Assembly (NCBI GenBank): GCA_963657245.1
Contig: CAVKLJ010000003.1
Span: 65,219-129,218 of the forward strand
Reading direction: 5' to 3'
From: Lachnospiraceae bacterium
Lineage (GTDB): Bacteria; Bacillota_I; Bacilli_A; RFN20; CAG-826
DNA: 64,000 bases
Both the position numbers and the translations under genes were made by a program. Shown piece after piece: positions 54,656-61,671 of this stretch. Numbering within the stretch: position 1 is the stretch's first letter; each line of letters starts with the position of its first letter. The notes under the pieces are model-generated. The model had not been told where the DNA came from. It worked only from the letters and a program-made list of their open reading frames with translations, and did not search any database.

Positions 54656-55579
54656 TTACTTTCCCTCCGTAATGATGTTTTTTCTTCTTTCCGTGAAATA
54701 TGTTGATAAGTTGTATTTCACTTCGGAAATGAATCTAACTTCGTATTTTTCTAATTCATCAAACAATTTAGGTATCTTCGTTTTCTCTATCCTCAGAGTC
54801 ACTTGGTTGTATTGAGGTTGTTTTCTTAGGATATCTTTTCTTCCTTTTATGAAGGAATCGAAGTCTTTCTTGTTTTTGAACTCGATTTTTAAGTCTCTTT
54901 CTTTACGATTCTGAATTTCGTGGACATCGGCAATATCGATGATTTTTCCTTGAGACATGTAGGCAACCTTGTCACAAACCCTTTCTAATTCCTCGATCGT
55001 GTTTGAGGACATTAGCATCGTTGCTCCTCTTTCTTTTTGTTCTAAGATAAGTTTTAGCAATTCCTCTCTCATAAGTGGATCAAGGCCAATGGATGGTTCA
55101 TCCATGATGAGGATTGGTGCTTTAAGCATCATGGCTGCGACAATGCTTGTCTTTTGTTTCATGCCTTTACTCATTCTCTTTGGATAGGCACGGATATCAA
55201 GTTGCATTCTTGAGATGATTTCATCCGCATAGGAGAAATCGTCTTCTTTCATTCCTAGGCTTCGACCATAGTTATGAAGGAATTCGTTTCCACTTTTAAC
55301 ATCAGGGAAGTTGATTTCTCCAGGAATGTAACCGATATATGATTTTGTTAAGGCTGAATCTTTGTAAGCGTCGAAGTTATATATTTTAATACTCCCTTCA
55401 TCCGATTTGATGAAGCCCATTAATTGGCGGATGAGAGTTGTTTTCCCTGCGCCATTTTCTCCGACTATTCCAAGCGTTTCTCCTTCTTTTATCTTTAAGG
55501 ATATATCGAAGTTTCCACGGCCTTGGCCATAATCTTTGCTAACATTATTAACATTTATTACCGTTTTCTTTTCGTTCAT
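54656..55579 (-). CDS. ABC transporter ATP-binding protein
   Basis: Walker A GENGAGKTT, signature MSKGMKQK and Walker B ILIMDEPSIGLD. Confidence 0.85.
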   Translation of the reverse strand: MNEKKTVINVNNVSKDYGQGRGNFDISLKIKEGETLGIVGENGAGKTTLIRQLMGFIKSDEGSIKIYNFDAYKDSALTKSYIGYIPGEINFPDVKSGNEFLHNYGRSLGMKEDDFSYADEIISRMQLDIRAYPKRMSKGMKQKTSIVAAMMLKAPILIMDEPSIGLDPLMREELLKLILEQKERGATMLMSSNTIEELERVCDKVAYMSQGKIIDIADVHEIQNRKERDLKIEFKNKKDFDSFIKGRKDILRKQPQYNQVTLRIEKTKIPKLFDELEKYEVRFISEVKYNLSTYFTERRKNIITEGK

Positions 55580-56505
55580 TTCTTAACCCCTCCGTAAGTC
55601 TTATCCTCCTTATAGAAAGACATGAAGTAATCTTCCAAGGTTTCTTTCTTTTCAGAGAAATCCACAAATCCATCTCTTGGCATTTCCTTGATAAATTTGT
55701 TCACGTTTTTCTCTTCGATGAATACTGAGAGCCTATTTGGATTTATTGAACTATCAGCAGTTTTGTATTTGTGGGCAGTTAGGAATTTCTTTGCTGCATT
55801 TTTATCTTTCAATGAGGAATAGGTGATGTGATATTGTTTGATGCTCTTATGTTTTAGGTCGCTAGCAACAAAGTTAGAAACAATTTTGCCATCCTTTATG
55901 ACCGCGATACGGTCACAACAAGCATCAACCTCTTGGAAGATGTGGCTAGAAAGAAGAATTGTTTTTCCTCTTTGTTTTTCCTTTTCAACAAGAGAGACGA
56001 ATCTTTCTTGCATCTCAGGATCAAGTCCGCTAGATGGTTCGTCCATGATGATGACGTCTGGATCAGACATAAAGGCACAAATGATTGCAGTTTTACGTTT
56101 CATTCCAAGCGACATTTCCTTACAACGAAGTTTTGGATCGTATTCAAATTCTTTAATTAGCCAATCAAGCAATGTTCTATCGCTCATGCCTTTGAGTTTC
56201 ATTTGTTCTTCGATGACCTCTTCTCCTCTTAAAGCGAGAGGAAGAGCAACTTCACCAGGAATATAGGAAACGCCTTGCATGATTACTTCACGATTCTTTA
56301 ATGAGTTTTGTCCCCTAAGCAAAGTTTCACCAGAGTCTGGCACACTAAATCCCATAAGATGTCTTATTGTGGTAGATTTACCAGCACCATTAGGTCCTAA
56401 GAATCCAAAACATTCCCCTTCTCTAACAGAAAATGAAACGTCAAAAATTCCACGGCCTTCCCCATAATCCTTTGTTAAATTTTTGATTTCGATTATATCC
56501 GCCAT
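55576..56505 (-). CDS. ABC transporter ATP-binding protein
   Basis: Walker A GPNGAGKST, signature MSLGMKRK and Walker B VIIMDEPSSGLD. It overlaps the next gene by 4 bp. Confidence 0.85.
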   Translation of the reverse strand: MADIIEIKNLTKDYGEGRGIFDVSFSVREGECFGFLGPNGAGKSTTIRHLMGFSVPDSGETLLRGQNSLKNREVIMQGVSYIPGEVALPLALRGEEVIEEQMKLKGMSDRTLLDWLIKEFEYDPKLRCKEMSLGMKRKTAIICAFMSDPDVIIMDEPSSGLDPEMQERFVSLVEKEKQRGKTILLSSHIFQEVDACCDRIAVIKDGKIVSNFVASDLKHKSIKQYHITYSSLKDKNAAKKFLTAHKYKTADSSINPNRLSVFIEEKNVNKFIKEMPRDGFVDFSEKKETLEDYFMSFYKEDKTYGGVKK

Positions 56506-56632
56506 ATTTAGTCTCCTTAGAAGTTATTGCACTATAGTCCAATATCTTCCGTGCAGTATATTATTACTACTCTATTCCATTTACAATACTTTTGTGATAA
56601 TATTTTTTGCGTTCGAGGTTAAATGAACAAAA

Positions 56633-57229
56633 ATGGAAGAAAATGAACAATTAACAATTAAAGAAGACGCGCGCATTGTGCGTACGAAAAGAGATTTAGC
56701 AAACGCTTTAGAAGAACTCTTAAAAGAAAAAAGCATTGATGATATATCTATAAAGGATATAACAGACCGTGCGCTTATATCGAAAAACACTTTCTATAAC
56801 AATTTTAACGACAAGAACGAATTGCTTGTTTTCCTTTTTGAAAGATATGAAGCAGCTCTTCTTAAAGAAATAAAACCAATCTTAGATAAAGCCTTCTATG
56901 CGACAAGGATCTTTTCTTTCAAAAAAGCCGTTGAGACAATTGTTCATTTCTTCTATACGACAAGTCTTCCAATCAAAGAAATCGTCAAACACGATTCATC
57001 GAAAGTTCTTTTCTATACCTTAGACGTATTCATCCAAGACGTATTCAAAAGATTAGAAAAAAATTATGAGAAATTCCTCACGAAAAAAGTGAATAGCAAG
57101 ATAACCGCACCATTCTATGCTGGTGCTTTTGCTAGCACGATATATTTTGCCTATGTAAACGATTTTGAAATGGATGAAAAAGAAATATCTCGTGATCTAG
57201 TTAGATTGTCCTTGCCTATCGTTGAATAG
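56633..57229 (+). CDS. TetR/AcrR-family transcriptional regulator
   Basis: 198 aa. The N-terminal HTH is RTKRDLANALEELLKEKSIDDISIKDITDRALISKNTFYNNF. It is divergent from the ABC operon. Confidence 0.8.
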   Translation: MEENEQLTIKEDARIVRTKRDLANALEELLKEKSIDDISIKDITDRALISKNTFYNNFNDKNELLVFLFERYEAALLKEIKPILDKAFYATRIFSFKKAVETIVHFFYTTSLPIKEIVKHDSSKVLFYTLDVFIQDVFKRLEKNYEKFLTKKVNSKITAPFYAGAFASTIYFAYVNDFEMDEKEISRDLVRLSLPIVE

Positions 57230-57230
57230 T

Positions 57231-58568
57231 TTAGTCTTTCATTTCTTCTGGATGATGCAATAAATGAACATCCAAGAAGGTTGATAAAAGAAGGCCAAAG
57301 AAAGCCAATAAAGACATAATAAAGAAGGCTATATATAACGTATCGTTTAAATAAGGATAGCTTAGTTGCAAAACAGAGTTAACAAGTTGGAAAACTAACG
57401 GAGCAATAAAGACCGCTTTTCGACGTAACTTAGGTCCTAAGATGTGGTTCAGGATCATTAGGTTACTAGTCACATATAGACCACTAGCCATACCCTTTAA
57501 TGAATGTATGAAAATAATACCTATAGCTAAAGATAATGTCGCATGTTCTTCTCCAACAAAATTATAGGAGAAAATGCCTAGTAACATTGTTTCAACAAAC
57601 AAGAGTATCAAGGCTAGGCTTAAAGAAAAACGTATCTTTTTTCCGATGCCAAAATGAGTGTTGATAAAGATGATTGCAAACTCAAATAAAGATGAGATAC
57701 CTAAATAAAGACCCCAGGTAAAAGAGTTAAAGGAATTCATTACTTGGATATTTTCGTATGAAGACCATAAGGAAGAAGATAATGAATCGCTAGCCCATAT
57801 AAGAGGGATCCATAAAGAAGCTAGGAACAAATAAAACACATAAGTCTTATTCTTGAAAAGCAGTTTTGTCGGCACGTGCTCATCAGAATCTGAATGATAT
57901 AACGATGAAGGAAATGGTTTAAACATATAAGTAAGACCAAATAACAACAACGTTAAAGGCGAGGCGACTAAGAATAAAAACAAATAACCTTTATATCCAG
58001 TAAAGAAACACTCGGCAATATAACCAGCCAAAGGAGAAGCAAGGGCAGGAAGCAAACTACCATATAAAACTATATGACCGTAACGGCTCTTCTCAGCAAA
58101 GTTAATATCTGCCGAACAAGACGCGTGATAAGAAAGAAAAGCCCAATATAAGCCCATCAAAACTGATGGAAAAATTAAGAAAATCAAAAATAACGCGTAA
58201 AACTGGCCTGAATTTGTTATTTGGCCGTTAGAATCCAAACCATTTGGCAAGAATATGCCTAGTAACGACATCAAAACAATCACAAAAAAGGAAATTAACA
58301 ATAGAATCCTCATTATTTTTAGATTTTGTTTTTGATGGGATACAAAGAAGGAACAAATGAATATACCTATCGCCGCGCCAAATGGTGGCATGAATAAACT
58401 AAATGAGGACATCAAAGACGACCATCCCAATTGGTTCCTACATTCATTCAAGAAAATGGTTAAGAAGGAGATCGTCATACCTTCAAACAAACAAATACAG
58501 GCGTAGAATATCTGAGCCTTTGCTGTTTCTGGTTTCTCATTTCTATCTAAGAAGAATGTTGCGCGCAT
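57231..58568 (-). CDS. 12-TM MFS-like transporter
   Basis: 445 aa and uniformly hydrophobic. No sharp signature recognised. Confidence 0.5.
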   Translation of the reverse strand: MRATFFLDRNEKPETAKAQIFYACICLFEGMTISFLTIFLNECRNQLGWSSLMSSFSLFMPPFGAAIGIFICSFFVSHQKQNLKIMRILLLISFFVIVLMSLLGIFLPNGLDSNGQITNSGQFYALFLIFLIFPSVLMGLYWAFLSYHASCSADINFAEKSRYGHIVLYGSLLPALASPLAGYIAECFFTGYKGYLFLFLVASPLTLLLFGLTYMFKPFPSSLYHSDSDEHVPTKLLFKNKTYVFYLFLASLWIPLIWASDSLSSSLWSSYENIQVMNSFNSFTWGLYLGISSLFEFAIIFINTHFGIGKKIRFSLSLALILLFVETMLLGIFSYNFVGEEHATLSLAIGIIFIHSLKGMASGLYVTSNLMILNHILGPKLRRKAVFIAPLVFQLVNSVLQLSYPYLNDTLYIAFFIMSLLAFFGLLLSTFLDVHLLHHPEEMKD

Positions 58569-58571
58569 ACA

Positions 58572-59252
58572 TTATAAATATAAAGAAATATCCGCTAGGT
58601 CGTTAAGCACAAAATCCACTTTAACGTTTGTAAGTTCTACTTTCTTTTTATTGTATAAACAAGTCTTGATGCCAGCGTTCTTCCCACCAGCCATATCAGA
58701 CGTTAAAGAATCGCCAATAATTAACATTTCTTCTCTTGAAATATCTTCTTTGATTTCATTAATTGCCTTATCAAAGAATCCCTTAGCCGGTTTAGCAAAT
58801 CCAAGCTTTTCGGAGATAAAGAAATAAGAAAAATAGTCTTTCAATTTTCCTATCTCCAAACGATTTAATTGTTGCTTATATGGGCCATTACTCGCAACAG
58901 CAAGAATGTATCCCTTCTTTTTTAGATACTCTAACATTTCATATGAATGAGAAATGGGGATTGCGCTGCTAAAGAGTTCTTCACGATAATACGCTTCAAA
59001 TACTTCGCCATCAAAAGATATATTCAAGGCGGCAAAAACCTTGTTGAAACGTATTTTTTGTAATTCTTCAAATGTCAGATTCCCCTTCTCTATCTCTCTC
59101 CACAGGAGATCATTTTCCTTATGAAAAGTATCAATAACGTGTTGATTAAACTCGCCCAAATCAAAACGTTTAAAACCATCTCTTAATGTTTTTTCAGTAT
59201 ATGCGTCGTAATCAAGTAAGGTGTTGTCTACATCGATAAAAATCAGTTTCAT
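58572..59252 (-). CDS. HAD-IA family hydrolase (YjjG-like nucleotidase/phosphatase)
   Basis: I prefer the start MKLIFIDVDNTLLDY (motif I DxDxT) over the track's GTG at 59288. Motif II is VASNG and motifs III/IV are K...GDSLTSD. Confidence 0.75.
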   Translation of the reverse strand: MKLIFIDVDNTLLDYDAYTEKTLRDGFKRFDLGEFNQHVIDTFHKENDLLWREIEKGNLTFEELQKIRFNKVFAALNISFDGEVFEAYYREELFSSAIPISHSYEMLEYLKKKGYILAVASNGPYKQQLNRLEIGKLKDYFSYFFISEKLGFAKPAKGFFDKAINEIKEDISREEMLIIGDSLTSDMAGGKNAGIKTCLYNKKKVELTNVKVDFVLNDLADISLYL

Positions 59253-59310
59253 ACTCAAAGATTTTATAACATAGCATATTTCTGTCACTAAATATCGATT
59301 CTTTAGTGAA

Positions 59311-59367
59311 GTTCTAAAGAGTTCTAAATATTGAAAAAAGTTCTAAAATGTTCTAAAATGTTCTAAA
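59311..59367. repeat. Array of 5 x GTTCTAAA overlapping the promoter of 59381..60418
   Basis: Exact 8-mers start at 59311, 59321, 59340, 59350 and 59360, giving spacings of 10, 19, 10 and 10. The last copy abuts the RBS AAGGAGGG. Confidence 0.9.
59331..59359 (+). promoter_or_regulatory. Putative promoter of 59381..60418 (TTGAAA-N17-TAAAAT)
   Basis: The -35 lies in the 19-bp gap between words. The -10 is formed by the 3' end of the word at 59350. Confidence 0.5.
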
Positions 59368-59380
59368 AGGAGGGCATCCC

Positions 59381-60418
59381 ATGTCAAACCCATTTTCCAC
59401 CACATTCGGAATTGAACCAATCAATTTAATAAAAAGGACCGAAGAAACCGAAAAAATAATCTCTGATTTTTCAGATGAAAATATTGCAAATTACGTTTAT
59501 ATCATCACAGGATTAAGGGGAAGCGGTAAGACGGTTCTCCTATCAACCATAGCCAATAAGCTAAAAGACGATGATAATTGGGTCGTCGTCGATCCGGGAC
59601 CAAAAGATAATATTTTAGAAAACATTGCTTCGGAGATTTATGAAACGTGTAACCTAAAGAAACTATTTATCAAAGGAGAATTCTCATTTTCCTTTCAAGG
59701 CATAACTTTTTCTTTAAAGGGAAAGGAACCTACTACCACAGTCATGAGTCTTTTAAAGAAAATGATCGGCTACATCAACAAAAAGGGCAAAAGAGTTTTA
59801 ATAACAATTGATGAAGCTGATAACAGTGAACAAATGAAAATATTTATTGAAGCGTATCAAACACTCATCAGACAAGGCTATAAAGTTCTCTTGCTGATGA
59901 CTGGCTTATATGAAAATATTTCAAAACTTCAAGATGATAAATCTTTAACGTTTCTGTATAGGGCTCCAAAAATTGTTCTTGGCCCACTCAACATTTCTTC
60001 GATTTCTTTGGCCTATCAAAAATACTTAGAGGTCGATGAAGAAATTGGCCTAAAACTTGCTAAATTAACCCGTGGATACGCATACGCATATCAGGTTCTC
60101 GGTTATTTAATGTACACATACAAAACAAAAGACATAAACAAAGACATCCTTGGAGAATTCGATCAATATCTTGCTGATTATGTCTACGGCAAATTATTCT
60201 CTAAACTTAGCTCTAAAGAGCAAGACATAATCATCTCAATGCTTGATGACTCTCCGATAAAAAACGAAGCATTAAGAGAAAAGGTTGGCTGTGACATAAA
60301 GACTTTGAGCGTCTATCGGGACAGGCTTATAAAGAAAGGCATTCTTTATTCTCCTAAGTATGCATATTTGGATTATGCTTTGCCAAGATTCCGTTATTTC
60401 TTGCTAACTAAGATATAA
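59381..60418 (+). CDS. AAA/ORC-like ATPase with C-terminal wHTH, paralog 2 of 2
   Basis: 345 aa and colinear with 9244..10293. Shared blocks are NPFS..FG, GLRGSGKT, EFSFSFQG.TFS.KG, DD.SLTFLYRAPKI and LTRGYAYAYQ. Confidence 0.7.
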   Translation: MSNPFSTTFGIEPINLIKRTEETEKIISDFSDENIANYVYIITGLRGSGKTVLLSTIANKLKDDDNWVVVDPGPKDNILENIASEIYETCNLKKLFIKGEFSFSFQGITFSLKGKEPTTTVMSLLKKMIGYINKKGKRVLITIDEADNSEQMKIFIEAYQTLIRQGYKVLLLMTGLYENISKLQDDKSLTFLYRAPKIVLGPLNISSISLAYQKYLEVDEEIGLKLAKLTRGYAYAYQVLGYLMYTYKTKDINKDILGEFDQYLADYVYGKLFSKLSSKEQDIIISMLDDSPIKNEALREKVGCDIKTLSVYRDRLIKKGILYSPKYAYLDYALPRFRYFLLTKI

Positions 60419-60469
60419 CATTCATTTATTGCCTTTTTCTTAAAGAAAAGATATTCTTTCCATGTTTTT

Positions 60470-61654
60470 ATGAGAACGAATGCGAAAGTAACAATGACAG
60501 CCTGCTTCATCGGCTATATCGTTCAAGCAATCGTAAATAACTTTGTTCCATTGCTTTTCGTCACGTTTCAAAACACATATCAAATACCGCTAGAAAACAT
60601 CACTTTATTGATAACAATTAATTTCGTCATTCAGTTATTAATCGATATGTTTTCGGCATATTTCGTTGATAAGATTGGTTACCGCACTTCAATAATAATT
60701 GCTCATGTGTGTGCGATATTGGGCTTTGTTATGCTAACTATCTTGCCCGATGTTATGCCAAACGCTTTCGTAGGAATTTTGCTTGGCGTAATCATCTACG
60801 CGATAGGTGGAGGATTAATTGAGGTTCTCATTAGTCCAATCATGGAAGCCTGTCCTTCAAAAAACAAAGAAAAAGCTATGAGTCTTCTTCATTCTTTCTA
60901 TTGTTGGGGACATGTAGGAGTCGTTCTTTTATCAACCGTGTTCTTTGCTGTTTTTGGCACAGCAAATTGGAAAATACTCACGCTTATTTGGTTAATTGTA
61001 CCTTTAGCCAATCTTGTCATTTTCATATTTGCTCCGATTTATCCTGTAACTGAAGAGGGAGAAAAGGGTGCTAGCATACTTGATTTGGTGAAGATGCCTA
61101 TTTTTTGGGTATTAATGCTCATGATGCTTTGCTCAGGAGCAAGTGAGCAAGCAGTGAGCCAATGGGCATCTACTTTCGCTGAACAAGGATTAGGCGTTTC
61201 TAAGACGGTTGGAGATCTAGCAGGACCAATGTCTTTTGCTCTTTTGATGGGAATATCAAGGCTTATATATGGCAAATTTGGCGATAAGATGAATCTAAAC
61301 CGTTTTATGGTATTTAGCACAATACTTTGCATTATCTCATATTTGATGATTGCTTTAGTTCCTGTGCCCGCAATAAGTCTTATTGGCTGTGGAATCTGTG
61401 GGTTTTCCGTTGGTATCCTTTGGCCAGGAACATTCTCTAAAGCCTCTTCTACCATCAAAAATGGAGGAACCGTTCTTTTTGCTATGCTAGCTCTAGCAGG
61501 AGATCTTGGTTGCTCTGGTGGACCAACGCTTGCCGGTTTCATATCAGGATTATTCGGAAACAATCTACGTATGGGAACTCTTTTTGCCATAATATTCCCA
61601 GTTTTGATGTTAATAAGTCTCTTCCTTTCTAATAAGAAAAATGCCCAACGATAA
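60470..61654 (+). CDS. MFS transporter
   Basis: 394 aa with 12 TM segments and a loop 2-3 D-K-I-G-Y-R motif (FVDKIGYR). Confidence 0.6.
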   Translation: MRTNAKVTMTACFIGYIVQAIVNNFVPLLFVTFQNTYQIPLENITLLITINFVIQLLIDMFSAYFVDKIGYRTSIIIAHVCAILGFVMLTILPDVMPNAFVGILLGVIIYAIGGGLIEVLISPIMEACPSKNKEKAMSLLHSFYCWGHVGVVLLSTVFFAVFGTANWKILTLIWLIVPLANLVIFIFAPIYPVTEEGEKGASILDLVKMPIFWVLMLMMLCSGASEQAVSQWASTFAEQGLGVSKTVGDLAGPMSFALLMGISRLIYGKFGDKMNLNRFMVFSTILCIISYLMIALVPVPAISLIGCGICGFSVGILWPGTFSKASSTIKNGGTVLFAMLALAGDLGCSGGPTLAGFISGLFGNNLRMGTLFAIIFPVLMLISLFLSNKKNAQR

Positions 61655-61671
61655 GTTAGGCATTTCCTTTA

